A DNA stretch of 64,000 nucleotides from positions 248,001 through 312,000 of the forward strand of contig NW_025767509.1 of the NCBI RefSeq assembly GCF_003918875.1. The letters are read 5' to 3'. The number at the start of each line of letters is the position of its first letter. Position 1 is the first letter of the stretch. This DNA comes from Haliotis rubra (taxonomy: Eukaryota). Below the pieces are notes generated by a model, which saw only the letters and a list, made by a program, of their open reading frames with translations, did no database searches and was not told where the DNA came from. Positions 1 through 13,022 of this stretch are shown piece by piece. A program made the position numbers and the translations under genes.

Positions 1-66
1 AATCCTTTGGTTCAGGTGTATTTCTGAACCTCAGCTTTTCGAAATTAGCACCACAAAATAAAACAC

Positions 67-948
67 CTAAAGTACTGTCGGAAATAGAAAATAACTTTTT
101 TTTCACATTTATATCTACAAGTTAGGTAGTTAATGTGTGAAAGTGTGAAATATCTGTTAAACTAAGTTCGGCCTAACTACAGTCTCAGTGGGAGGGAGAT
201 AGGAAACGTAAAAAAAGGATTTTACTTAGGAGATATTAGTGCAGAAATGAGCAATGCGGCTTTTTTCAAAGTCCGAAGAGATTTATTTGGAGCAGACCAT
301 GGCTTTATGCAAATTAGAGTGCGATGATATTGTATAACAAATGACACTTTTTGAATGTCAATTTTGAAATTAGACTTAGCTCCATAATAAACGATAGCAG
401 ACGTAAAATAATAACAACTTTAATACTGAAACTATTAAGGAGATAGATACCATTGAGTCTCACTATCACTATAAAAAGAAACAGGTAGGAGGGGTCGTCT
501 CAAAAGCAAAACCAAGACGGGTGTTGCTGACGGTAGTTGGGGTCGGGCTTGGGGATAGAGATATAAGCTAAGATTAGAAAATCAGTAGAGACATAGTCAA
601 TACACATGAAAAAGCATAACAGAATTTGAGATGACCCCTTGTGTCTGTGGGCAGCACGTGCATTCAGTGCCAAGTGAGTTGACGGTCCGTCGTCATACCT
701 GGCTGAGCGACCTAATTGCCATCTATAGTCTGATCTATTGTTTTCAGCAGCTGTTCGTATTTTTTAGGTTTTGCCCGATTTTACGAGTAAACATGTTTTT
801 TTCTGGATATTCTATTACGTATCCCACTGAACGCCCAGTTAGGCCGATGTGGGTTATTTCGACATATGCTATTTGCAACTGTGTAAATTTTAAGGATACA
901 GAGTAACAGCCTAAAAACAGTTTTTTTCTATTTCCGACATTACTTTAG
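67..948. mobile_element. Non-autonomous DNA transposon/MITE-like element (true ends probably lie further out)
   Basis: 30-bp imperfect inverted repeat ctaaagtactgtcggaaatagaaaataact (67-96) vs agtttttttctatttccgacattactttag (919-948); no coding capacity between. Confidence 0.5.
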
Positions 949-1315
949 ATATTTCTTTTCTTTGACGAAACATCCTCGTGCTCAGAAAAGATCTGATATT
1001 ACAAGTATAATGGAGCCAATTTAAATTCTTCGGTCGTTTTTTAAAACTTGCAATTTCATTCTCAAAGGACAAGTGACAAAGAGCTATACCGGACTGAGTT
1101 GCTTTAACTGTGTCGATTGGAAGTAATGTGACCCCAAGTAAAGTGTGTTTCTTGGACTATGTTTCCATAGCATCGCCTGGGTTAAAGATACTGGAACAAG
1201 TATACCATTTATAGAAAGGTACGGGTCAGTGTAAAGCAATACCGAGTCTCTGAAAAAATATGAAAGAAGTCAGTTCAATATAGCTGAAAATGATATCCGG
1301 TGAGTGAGACAGACT

Positions 1316-2165
1316 TTGTGGTGTGGTGTGGTGAGGTGTGGTGTGGTGTGATCTGGTGTGGTGTGTAACAGCACGGTATGGTGTGGTGTCTTATGGCACG
1401 GTAGGGTATGGTGTGGTGGGGTGTGTTACGGCACAGTATGGTATGGTGTGTTACGGCACGGTATGGTGTGGTGGTGGTGTGTTACGGCACAGTATGGTAT
1501 GGTGTGTTACGGCACGGTATGGTGTGGTGGGGTGTGTTATGGTGTATGGTGTGGTGGTGTGTTACGGCACGGTTACGGTATGGTGTGGTGGTGTGTTACG
1601 GCACGGTTACGGCATGGTATGTGGTGGGGTGTGTTACGGCACAGTATGGTATGGTGTGTTAATGCTGCACGGTATGGTATGGTGGGTGGTGTGTTACGGC
1701 ACAGTATGGTATGGTGTGTTACGGCACGGTATGGTGTGGTATGGTGTGTTACGGCACAGTATGGTATGGTATGGTGTGTTACGGCACAGTATGTATGGTG
1801 TGTTACGGCACGGTATGTGGTATGGTGTGTTACGGTATGAGTATGGTATGGTGTGATACGGCACGGTATGGTGTGGTGGTGGTGTGTTACGGCATGGCAT
1901 GGTTAGTATGGTGTGGCGTGGTATGGTATGATGTGGTGTGATATGGCAGGGTGTGGTGTGGTTGTGGTGTGGATGGTATGGAAGGGTGTGGTGTTGTATG
2001 GGTTGGGGTGGTTATGGTGTGATGTGGTATTTCATGGTATAGTGTGGTATTTCATGGTGTAGTGTGGTATTTCATGGTGCAGTGTGGTGTGGTGTTGTCT
2101 GGTTATGGGGTGGTGTGGTATGGTAATGACATGGTACGGTATTTTGTGGTATTGCAAGGTATGGT
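1316..2165 (+). repeat. GT-rich minisatellite (core ggtgtgttacggcacggtatggtgt)
   Basis: Visible tandem repeats with strong G/T strand bias; explains the repetitive ORFs at 1338-1941. Confidence 0.95.
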
Positions 2166-3715
2166 AGACACAATCTCCGTTCTCCCTGACCTCAGCTAGA
2201 ATGCCAGGGAAAATAAGCTCATCTGTTCATGTATTGACCTCCATGAATGCATAAACATTCTGACTGAAAAAACTGTCCACTAGGGTGCGCTGCACTCAAA
2301 GCTAGATGTGTTTTGTGGCTTTGCTGTATATACGGCTGCGTGGTGTCGGTGCGTTGCCCCAAGCTCATTATTTAAATCAGATCTCGGTGCTCATGACCCC
2401 TTACAAAGACCTGAGGACATCCCATTTCGGGTCAGGTCTGAACGACCCTTTATCCAACCAATAAATGACAGTTGGTTATGGGGTGGTGTGGTATTTCATG
2501 GTTAGGTGTGGTGTTGTCTGGTTATGGTGTAGTGTGGTATTTCATGGTGTAGAGTGGTGAGGTGTGGTGTTGCCTGGTTATGGGGTGGTGTGGTATTTCA
2601 TGGTTAGGTGTGGTGTTGTCTGGTTATGGTGTAGAGTGGTATTTCATGGTGCAGTGTGGTGAGGTGTGGTGTTGTCTGGTTATGGTGTAGAGTGGTATTT
2701 CATGGTGCAGTGTGGTGAGGTGTGGTGTTGCCTGGTTATGGTGTGGTGTGGTATTTCATGGTGCAGTGTGGTGAGGTGTGGCGTTGCCTGGTTATGGGGT
2801 GGTGTGGTATTTCATGGTTAGGTGTGGTGTTGTCTGGTTATGGTGTAGAGTGGTATTTCATGGTGCAGTGTGGTGAGGTGTGGTGTTGTCTGGTTATGGT
2901 GTAGTGTGGTATGTTCATGGTGTGTGTGGTATTTTGTGGTGAGTGTGGTGGCGTTGCCTGGTTATGGTGTAGTGTGGTATTTCATGGTGCAGTGTGGTGA
3001 GGTGTGGTGTTGCCTGGTTATGGTGTAGAGTGGTATTTCATGGTGCAGTGTGTGGTGAGGTGTGGTGTTGTCTGGTTATGGTGTAGAGTGGTATTTCATG
3101 GTGCAGTGTGGTGAGGTGTGGTGTTGTCTGGTTATGGTGTAGTGTGGTATTTCATGGTGCAGTGTGGTGAGGTGTGGTGTTGTCTGGTTATGGTGTGGTG
3201 TGGTATTTCATGGTGCAGTGTGGTGTGGTGTTGTCTGGTCATGGTGTAGTGTGGTATTTCATGGTGCAGTGTGGTGTGTGTGGTGGTTGGTCATGGTGTA
3301 GTGTGGTATTTCATGGTGCAGTGTGGTGTGGTGTTGTCTGGTTATGGGGTGGTGTGGTATGGTAATGCCATGGTACGGTATTTTATGGTATTGCAAGGTA
3401 TGGTAGACACAATCTCCGTTCTCCCTGACCTCAGCTAGAATGCCAGGGAAAATAAGCTCATCTGTTCATGTATTGACCTCCATGAATGCATAAACATTCT
3501 GACTGAAAAAAACTGTCCATTAGGGTGCGCTGCACTCAAAGCTAGATGTGTTTTGTGGCTTTGCTGTATATACGGCTGCGTGGTGTCGGTGCGCTGCCCC
3601 AAGCTCATTATTTAAATCAGATCTCGGTGCTCATGACCCCTTACAAAGACCTGAGGACATCCCATTTCGGGTCATGTCTGAACGACCCTTTATCCAACCA
3701 ATAAATGACTGTTGG
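2098..3715 (+). repeat. About 380-bp direct duplication (2098-2475 and 3337-3715) enclosing a second GT-rich minisatellite (about 51-bp unit, 2476-3360)
   Basis: Near-identical blocks at offset about 1240 (the same MFCGFAVYT ORF occurs twice); unit gtgtagtgtggtatttcatggtgcagtgtggtgaggtgtggtgttgtctggttatg. Confidence 0.95.
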
Positions 3716-4640
3716 AATGTGTTTTCAAATTATGCACACTCAAACTGTTTAACACGCCTTTTTCCGAACGAAAGATAAGAATGCACTGCTGATTCCACCA
3801 AAATAACCGTCCATTCCTCGCTTAAACAGGGAAAACATGTCAAACGGAATTCCCAGTGAATGTCCTGAAGAAAGTACTGTCACACAATTTAGCCCATCAA
3901 TAAGACATTCCATGATTTTCTCTTGTTCAGGTTTGAAATTCTATAACGTGAAGTTGGTCAGAATATGTTTAGAATGGAAGTGGCAGATCAACAGAGGTGC
4001 TTTCTGATTGGCTAATGTTGGCCAAAGTTCGTGAAAGGTCATCAATTTCATTGCCGAAATGACCTCAAATCTTTGTTTTGCGATAGCGAGCACTCAGCTC
4101 TGATTGTAATGAGACTGGGCGTTGCTAATGCTTTTAGCCACTGGTTCGAGTTTGTGCAATGACACTAGTATATAGATGGAACGATGCTTCCAAAGTCAAC
4201 AGTCCGATAATTAGGAAATGGTAGCATTTGACACTAGGATCAATTTCGAATAGAAATATCAGAGATCAATTAAAAAAAAATATGTGAATATCATTTTCGA
4301 ACCACATGACCCTCCAGTATCATGTACAATGCAAAGATCGATGACATCTAATTCTTGTATGTTAAGCCTAATGTATAATTCTTTTTTTTTTTGCAACTTA
4401 AAACATAGCATTTTACCATACCCATTGGTCGAGACAATGGTCGTTCTCTCTGGACATTCATGACATAACATAAATATGATACAAACACAATTTTGTCATT
4501 AACCTCCTCGCACCTGAACACATAATAAGTTCAAAATACTTGAAAAAGACTCACAACGAAACAAACAACTATGCTTGAACATAGTTTCTTGGTTTCCCGA
4601 GATTTCCATCCTACGGAGTTAACACGCCAAAGAAACAACT

Positions 4641-4860
4641 GACCCGTGAAGATCCGGGATAGAACTGATATTCGGCAACTGCTTGTCTTAAGAGACGACC
4701 AATGGGATGCGTGTTCAGACTCGCTGACACATGTCGTTTCCCAATTGCTTGGATCGGGTTGATGCTGTTGATTACTGGCTTGTCTGGTTCAGACTCGACT
4801 GTTTACAAACCGCCGCCATATAGCTGGAATATTGCTGAGTGCGGTGTTAAACAACAAAGA
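4641..4860 (+). mobile_element. SINE family A (pseudoknot head, non-tRNA), diverged copy
   Basis: Starts gacccgtgaagatccggg; ends ccgccatatagctggaatattgctgagtgcggtgttaaac. Confidence 0.85.
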
Positions 4861-5217
4861 AACTACCCCGACGAGCAATACTGTAAAACGTTCCAAAGAA
4901 GGCCAGTAAAAGGTTCCTAAAGAGAAAATTGGTTAAACGCTCTTGTTCCCAATCCAAACAGGGTCTAGACTTGATCCTATTCTGACTGAAATTAGTCAGG
5001 TAATTCTCTTCAAGGGCCATTTACTGCTTGATAAATAGGGATAGTAGACGATAAAAGTGTAGATGATGTGCATTCTCTATATTTAGGTCTTCGGTCTTGA
5101 CGTCATCATTAAATATATATCCTGGGGCTGCCTAAATTGGCCAGACATTAAGCTGTTAATGTCATACGTCTTTCCCCCTTTCAGACTAAACATTCATCAC
5201 GTAAACCATAGCAGCTC

Positions 5218-5470
5218 TGAGTGAGTGAGTGAGTTTAGTGTTACGCCGCACTCAGCAATATTCCAGCTATATGGCGGCGTTCTGTATATAATCGAGTCTG
5301 GACCACACAATCCAGTGATGATCAACAGCATGAGCATCGATCTGCGCAAGTGGGAACCGCTGACATCTGTCAACCAAGTCAGCGAGCCTGACCACCCGAT
5401 CCCGTTTGTCGCCTTTCACGACAAGCACGGGTTACTGAAGATCAATATTCTAACCCGGATCTTCACGGGT
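5218..5470 (-). mobile_element. SINE family A, full length
   Basis: Matches family consensus; flanking direct repeat gcagctctga (5211-5220 and 5475-5484); (actc)n tail. Confidence 0.92.
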
Positions 5471-5659
5471 AATGGCAGCTCTGACAGCGCAAGAGCACAT
5501 CTATATCAGCGGTTGTTCGAATCGACTTGTTTCACTGTCTTCAGGTGTAAGCCCCAGGGGCTCCGCTGTGCTAATTGAAGACCTTTTCCCCTCTGTAAAA
5601 CGAGGAAAGACAGAAAAAGGAAAAACAAATATCCGTGGTTAAGAAAATGGACAACTGCA

Positions 5660-5840
5660 CATGTAATGATTCAAATGTGTATGACAACACAGGGTACACG
5701 TGTATGACAACGCAGTGTACACGTGTATGACAAAGCAAGTTACACGTGTATGACAACGCAGGTTACACGTGTATGACAACGCAGGGTACACGTGTATGAC
5801 AACGCAGGGTACACGTGTATGACGTGTATGTACACGTGTA
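5660..5840 (+). repeat. Short-period minisatellite (gtacacgtgtatgacaacgcagg)
   Basis: About 7 tandem copies visible. Confidence 0.9.
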
Positions 5841-7787
5841 TTAATTTTGTTAACCAGATACGAAATTTTGAAGGTTCTAAATTGAGTGAGGAGTTATATA
5901 AATGATAGTATTTTCCTTTAGATGAATTTTGAGCATCGGCATACCATGATTGTTTGAACTGGTCAATTAATGTAATTTTGACATGATGTTTCAACCAGTG
6001 GATGCTAGGGAACTTTTGAGACTGCAAAATATAAGAGAGCCCGACGTTTGGAAGAATATTTTTGAGTGAGTATGGTTTTACGCCGCTTTTAGCAGCATTG
6101 CAACAGTATCACGGCTGGGGACACCAGAAATTGGCTTCCACACATTCAACCAGGAAGCAAACCCGGGTCTTTGACGTGACAGGCGGAGACTTTAACCACT
6201 AGGACACCTTATATCTTCGATTCATAAACATTACCTCATGATAACGCCGGAATCATCCATTGGAGATTTCTGATTAAAGAGTTTTGTGGCGTAGATTTAC
6301 GGACAAAGATTCACTTGAATTTGGGCGGTTGGGTAGCCTTGTGGTTAAAGTGTTTGCAAGTCACGCCGAAGATCCGGGTTCGATTCCCCAGATAGGTACA
6401 AAGGTGTGAAGTCCATTTCTGGTTTCCACCGCCGTGATATTGCTGGAATATTGCTAAATGCGGCGTAAAACTATACTCACTCATTCACTTACTTGAATTT
6501 ATATACTTTTGAAAATATAACAAATGCTTAGATACTCTTTTTGCGTTATTTTAAGGGACTGAGATATGTTTCAAAGAATCGTCAGGCTCACTTGCCGTTA
6601 TCATGTAGCAAAGATCGGTACATGGTCTTTGAATAATTTCCATGAAGTGAATTGGTTTCGCAAAAGGTTTGTCAATAGTGAATTATGTTCAATTTGCCAC
6701 CAATTGCACTTAATTATTCTGTCGACAATTACAGATGCATCGCTTAGTCAGAGATACAATGACCAGCTTCAGATTGTATCAAACGCAGTTAATCATGAAT
6801 AATCACTTTTGATCTTGTCTATCATTTTTTATGTTATTTGTAAATGTCACCATTCTCCCGAATTTATGCCCTCGGAAATATTTTTGCTTCCTCCTAGCAG
6901 TTTGAATAATGCACTCTGCCAACACTGTATTCAGCACTCCTTATTGTATATTAACTGAATCATCTCAAACCTCTCCTCAATGTTAAGTGACACTGCCCTA
7001 CTAATGATCAACACATGCATCTGCTTGATACAGTGGACCCCATACCAGCTTCCGGATGATGAACTGCGAAACAAAGATCTCAAAAGTGATCGCTTTTCGT
7101 TTACTTGAACACTACACTATATATTGTAAGCTGTAGTTTATTGAAATTAACCGTCAAGACCTAAATTTATAGATAATCTAAACCGGTTTTATTTCATTTT
7201 AAATTGCGTCGGATAGGAGAGGTCTTCCGGGTATGGCATGGCGGGGAAATGGCGTGCCGGGTACGTTTGATAGAATGTCGCGATAAGAACTACGAGTGAG
7301 TGAGTGAGTGAGTGGTTTTACACCACTTTTGGCAATATTCGAGCAGCATCAGGGCAGGGGCTTCCCACGTTATAACTATGTATGGAATTGAACCCAAGGC
7401 TTCGACCTGACGAGCGAACGTATGACCGAAGGGTACCCCGCTTCCCCATTAACTACTAAATATATATTTGTATTGTCCTAGAATGCTTAGTCAATAATGC
7501 GAGAAGCACCAAAAGCGACGGATAAACAGTTTTATGTTAGTGATTGTAAAAATAATGTTCCTTGATTGTGGATAACAACTGTTTAGTTGGGACGTTTCCA
7601 TGTTGACTTGTACACAGTATTTAAAGGTGCACTTGAAGGTCTTGCCCATAAACTTGACAATAATATGTGTACTTATATTCCGCTACTTCAATACGCAAAA
7701 TGTATGCTCAAAGTGCCAACATTATTACCCCAGTCATGGATTAGTAAACACAACATCCCAAGCTTCCAGACCGCCTCCGTGATGTAG
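5841..7787 (+). repeat. Recent 1.95-kb segmental duplication of 9929-11874
   Basis: Near-identical at offset about 4088, including the LINE fragment, SINE-B copies and the first 20 nt of the SINE-C head. Confidence 0.95.
6322..6490 (+). mobile_element. SINE family B (tRNA-derived); duplicate copy at 10410-10578
   Basis: A box tagccttgtgg, B box ggttcgattcc, shared 3' tail; TSD acttgaattt. Confidence 0.9.
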
Positions 7788-8154
7788 TCTGGTTCCAGAC
7801 AATCCAGTGACGAAGTCCTTTTGCAATATTCCAGCAATATCACGGCGGGCGGACCACCAGGGAAATAGAAATGGGCTTCGATAGACAACTTTATTGCAAA
7901 TACATGCGACGTCTTCGCTTTAGATGTTAACACCGTTATCAAGCAATGTGGCCTCCTACGTCTCTCATGCGTGCTAATAAGAATAGCACAAGGACAATTT
8001 TCTAAGGAAACATTTTGTCGTCATCGTTGAAAATTGTCAACTGATATTCTCAAAATGTACTGGCCATGTACTAAATACGACATGATGCCATGCATTAATT
8101 TTATTCTTTTCATTTTTGTTCAATTTTCAGGAACATGGTTGTTGGAACGCACGG

Positions 8155-8443
8155 AGTGAGTGAGTGAGTGAGTGAGGTTAGTTTTACGCCGCACTCAGAA
8201 ATATTTCAGCTATATGGCGGCGGTCTGTGGGTACTCGAGTCTGGACCAGACAATCCAGTGATCAACAGCATGAGCACCCATGTGTCAACCAAGCCAGCTA
8301 GCCTGACCAACTGATCCCGTTAGTCGCCTCTTAAGATAAGCATGGGTTACTGAAGGTACATTCTAACACGGACCTTCACGGGTCGCCCCGCTGCGACAAG
8401 CATGGGTTACTGAAGGTACATTCTAACCCGGACATTCACGGGT
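8155..8443 (-). mobile_element. SINE family A with tandemly duplicated head
   Basis: Family match; about 60-bp head segment repeated at 8338-8384 and 8398-8443. Confidence 0.88.
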
Positions 8444-9539
8444 TTGGGGCGGATGGATGAAGATTCAGTTCGACCATTCCAATTGTTTCTGAGTCCAGGT
8501 TCACTTGACTTAAGTGATGTGAGATTAAAACGTACGAGAGAAATCTGAACTCCGAAATCTGAAGCCCAATATTCATTCTATGCTGCTCGTTGCATGTTTT
8601 GTTTCACAAAACAAATCAAGATGGCAGTTGAGACTGTCATGTCAATGCATCAACTTCTAACGGAGATGACAGAGCAAGTGGGCTGATTGTGTATTGGAGT
8701 TCAGATCTGTATTTCCTGACATTGCTTCCGAGCTATGATTATTTTCAGTTGGGCCCGTTTAATCTTCAAGATGAAGCTGACCATGTTCATATGTTTCCTC
8801 TATTTTCAGAAGCCATTACCTGGACGCCGAGTAGTCAACCGCAATCTCGTGATTCATTCGTGTGAAGAAACCGTAAAATATATATGTAACAGGAAGCCTA
8901 CATATATTTTCACCTTCAAATCCACTCATGGATTCTGTAAACAAATCCCCATAAATAACTTCAAAGCCTCATCATGTCAACACAACAGGTCAAACTAACC
9001 TTATATTATCAAATCAGAACTTCCCTGTTTCATAAACGTAACACCACTTCCTTACAAATCGACATTGGTTTTGATAATAGACTCATGCAGATGAATTCCC
9101 TCATGTGCAGTTCATACAATCAATGACGTCAACGTCCGATTACGACAAGGATCAAATGTGTTTGTTTTCTCGAGAATGAAGGAGTTTGAAGTCCTTTGTC
9201 AACGCTGTGTAAGGTAATATTTGAATCTACAACTAGTATGGAGCACGTCCATGCGAATGGAGGAGACGATCAGACGATTTTTTCAAAAAGGTTGTGAGGA
9301 ATGATTCCATGAAGCTTTCAAACAATTTGTGGATGACAATTTCCAATTGTGGGGTTCTTTGGACATTATATGTCCAAATCAGTGTTCATGATCTTTTCGG
9401 TTCGTTTGTTTCCATTTTCTGAGAAGATTATTGATTTTTTTTTTTGGAAGTCTTTGTGAGGGATGCTACAGTTTGGGCGGAATGTAGCCACCTTTTCGCG
9501 AGCACCTTGTGTCGATATTTCATGGTGATTCATAAAGAT

Positions 9540-10150
9540 TGATTGAGAACAGAACTGAACAGAATTTTATTCTCGTAAATCATACAGAATGATATAGAGA
9601 ACATACAATCGATTATAATACAATAACATATGAGTAGGTATATTGATTTAGAAATGACTAAGAACAGTTTTAGTAAACAGTGAAAGTTTCAATAGGAGTG
9701 GGGTGTAATCTGATTTCATAAGTAGAATAAATTTGTCCATATGTGTGTTGTTGCAAAAATAAGATGGAAGTATCTTCTTACGTTCAACATTAAGCTGTGT
9801 ACCTGATAAAATAGCATGAAATTCGTCACAAATAACATTATTTTTACAAATGGTACATGTTCTATTTTCCAGATTAATATAATTAAACCATCGTCCCGTT
9901 TCGATGGGCAATCTATGATTAGAAGTTCTTAATTTTGTTAACCCGATACGAAATTTTGAAGGTTCTAAATTGAGTGAGGAATTATATAAATGATAGTATT
10001 TTCCTTTAGATGAATTTTGAGCATCTGCATACCATGATTGTTTGAACTGGTCAATTAATGTAATTTTGACATGATGTTTCAAGCAGTGGATGCTAGGGAA
10101 CCTTTGAGACTGCCAAATATAAGAGAGCCCGACGTTTGGAAGAATATTTT
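9540..10150 (-). mobile_element. 3' fragment of a non-LTR retrotransposon (ORF2 C-terminal zinc-finger region); partial duplicate at 5841-6061
   Basis: ORF 9648-10082: KLRTSNHRLPIETGRW..NRTCTICKNNVICDEFH, the typical LINE ORF2 C-terminus; followed by aataaa and a (ttctg)n tail. Confidence 0.88.
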
Positions 10151-11855
10151 TGAGTGAGTATGGTTTTACTCCGCTTTTAGCAACATTGCAACAGTATCAT
10201 GGCTGGGGACACCAGAAATTGGCTTCCACAAATTCCACCAGGAAGCAAACCCGGGTCTTTGACGTGACAGGCGGAGACTTTAACCACTAGGACACCTTAT
10301 ATCTTCGATTCATAAACATTACCTCATGATAACGCCGGAATCATCCATTGGAGATTTCTGATTAAAGAGTTTTGTGGCGTAGATTTACGGACAAAGATTC
10401 ACTTGAATTTGGGCGGTTGGGTAGCCTTGTGGTTAAAGTGTTTGCAAGTCACGCCGAAGATCCGGGTTCGATTCCCCAGATAGGTACAAAGGTGTGAAGT
10501 CCATTTCTGGTTTCCACCGCCGTGATATTGCTGGAATATTGCTAAATGCGGCGTAAAACTATACTCACTCATTCACTTACTTGAATTTATATACTTTTGA
10601 AAATATAACAAATGCTTAGATACTCTTTTTGCGTTATTTTAAGGGACTGAGATATGTTTCAAAGAATCGTCAGGCTCACTTGCCGTTATCATGTAGCAAA
10701 GATCGGTACATGGTCTTTGAATAATTTCCATGAAGTGAATTGGTTTTCGCAAAAGGTTTGTCAATAGTGAATTATGTTCAATTTGCCACCAATTGCACGT
10801 AATTATTCTGTCGACAATTACAGATGCATCGCTTAGTCAGAGATACAATGACCAGCTTCAGATTGTATCAAACGCAGTTAATCATGAATAATCACTTTTG
10901 ATCTTGTCTATCATTTTTTATGTTATTTGTAAATGTCACCATTCTCCCGAATTTATGCCCTCGGAAATATTTTGCTTCCTCCTAGCAGTTTGAATAATGC
11001 ACTCTGCCAACACTGTATTCAGCACTCCTTATTGTATATTAACTGAATCATCTCAAACCTCTCCTCAATGTTAAGTGACACTGCCCTACTAATGATCAAC
11101 ACATGCATCTGCTTGATACAGTGGACCCCATACCAGCTTCCGGATGATGAACTGCGAAACAAAGATCTCAAAAGTGATCGCTTTTCGTTTACTTGAACAC
11201 TACACTATATATTGTAAGCTGTAGTTTATTGAAATTAACCGTCAAGACCTAAATTTATAGATAATCTAAACCGGTTTTATTTCATTTAAATTGCGTCGGA
11301 TAGGAGAGGTCTTCCGGGTATGGCATGGCAGGGAAATGGCGTGCCGGGTACGTTTGATAGAATGTCGCGATAAGAACTACGAGTGAGTGAGTGAGTGAGT
11401 GGTTTTACACCACTTTTGGCAATATTCGAGCAGCATCAGGGCAGGGCTTCCCACGTTATAACTATGTATGGAATTGAACCCAAGGCTTCGACCTGACGAG
11501 CGAACGTATGACCGAAGGGTACCCCGCTTCCCCCATTAACTACTAAATATATATTTGTATTGTCCTAGAATGCTTAGTCAATAATGCGAGAAGCACCAAA
11601 AGCGACGGATAAACAGTTTTATGTTAGTGATTGTAAAAATAATGTTCCTTGATTGTGGATAACAACTGTTTAGTTGGGACGTTTCCATGTTGACTTGTAC
11701 ACAGTATTTAAGGTGCACTTGAAGGTCTTGCCCATAAACTTGACAATAATATGTGTACTTATATTCCGCTACTTCAATACGCAAAATGTATGCTCAAAGT
11801 GCCAACATTATTACCCCAGTCATGGATTAGTAAACACAACATCCCAAGCTTCCAG

Positions 11856-12215
11856 ACCGCCTCCGTGATGTAGTGGTTAGAGCCTCCGCCCGGAGAGCGA
11901 AAGGTCGCGGGTTCGATCCCCGACAGCGTCATACCAAAAGACGTTAAAATATGGTACTTGTTGGTCCCTGCCTGGCGCTCGACATTAATGGGTACAACAA
12001 GGACTGGTCGGCTCGGAGTCAGTTTAATGTGTGTGAGTGGGGTATTCATGATTCATTGCGGCATGGTATCTCAGTGGGCTAGCACTATATAATAACATCA
12101 GCTTAAGTCTGGGCTAGTACAAGCAGCCGCACATACACATATATATGCATGCACGTCGTCATATGAGCGAAATATTCTCAAGTACGACGTTAAACCCAAT
12201 TTCACCTCACCTCAC
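11856..12215 (+). mobile_element. SINE family C (tRNA-derived, Meta/MESC-like central domain)
   Basis: tRNA head (gtagtggttag..ggttcgatccc); central cataccaaaagacgttaaaatatggtac..ccctgcctggcgctcg; (cacct)n tail. Confidence 0.9.
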
Positions 12216-12723
12216 ACCAACCCGCCCGTGAGGCGCAAGACAGTTAACAGTAATATGGTCATCTCTGGAAGCGTCTGAAGGCAAAGGGTATAATTCAGTC
12301 TCCACGTAATTATTTTTAAGAACATAAATAATAAAAAAACAAAACTGTGATGTTCTACTAGATATGGAAGAACAAATGGTAGAAATTTCATATTTTGCTC
12401 CCGTTACAAGATGTGAAGTATTAATCGCATTCAGGTCATTTTTTCTGGTAGAGAGAGCGATATTACTATTGGTTCCTAAGCAACTGGTTGTTGTTGTTTT
12501 TTGGGTCTTGATTCCATATGTTTCATCCACGCAATATATTTATTGTCTGAGGAATGAATTTGACGATATTGAAAACACAAGTCTAATTTAACACCATAAG
12601 TTGTGACTCGTCGACAAGGCCATTTGTATTCCATAACTCAAGACGTGAATGTTTAATTGGATTTCAAAAAGTTGGATTGAAAAAGTACATGATATATATA
12701 GAATGATATATAATGTCCTCCCA

Positions 12724-13022
12724 TTATCCCCGACCGCGTCATACCAAAACACGTTAAAATATGGTACTTCTTTGGGTCCCTGCCTGGCGCTCGGCATTAA
12801 TGGGCACAACAAGGACTGGTCGGCTCGGAGTCAGTTTAATGTGTCTGAGTGGGGTATTCATGCTTCACTCCGGCATGGTATCTCAGTGGGCTAGCACTAT
12901 AAAATCTGGTCTAGTACAAGCAGCCGCACATACACATACATACGCATGCACGTCAGTCATATGAGCGAAATATTCTCAAGCACGACGTTAAACCCAATTT
13001 CACCTCACCTTCAATTCACCTC
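12724..13022 (+). mobile_element. SINE family C, 5'-truncated
   Basis: Matches the 11856 copy from atccccgaccgcgtc onward. Confidence 0.88.

Noticed and set aside
1338-1941. Long overlapping ORFs rich in G/V/C/W/Y
   Set aside because: Open in several frames only because the GT-rich minisatellite lacks stop codons
5225-5578. Recurring ORFs such as MINSMSIDLR..VSEPDHPIP suggesting a gene family
   Set aside because: They are antisense translations of SINE-A copies
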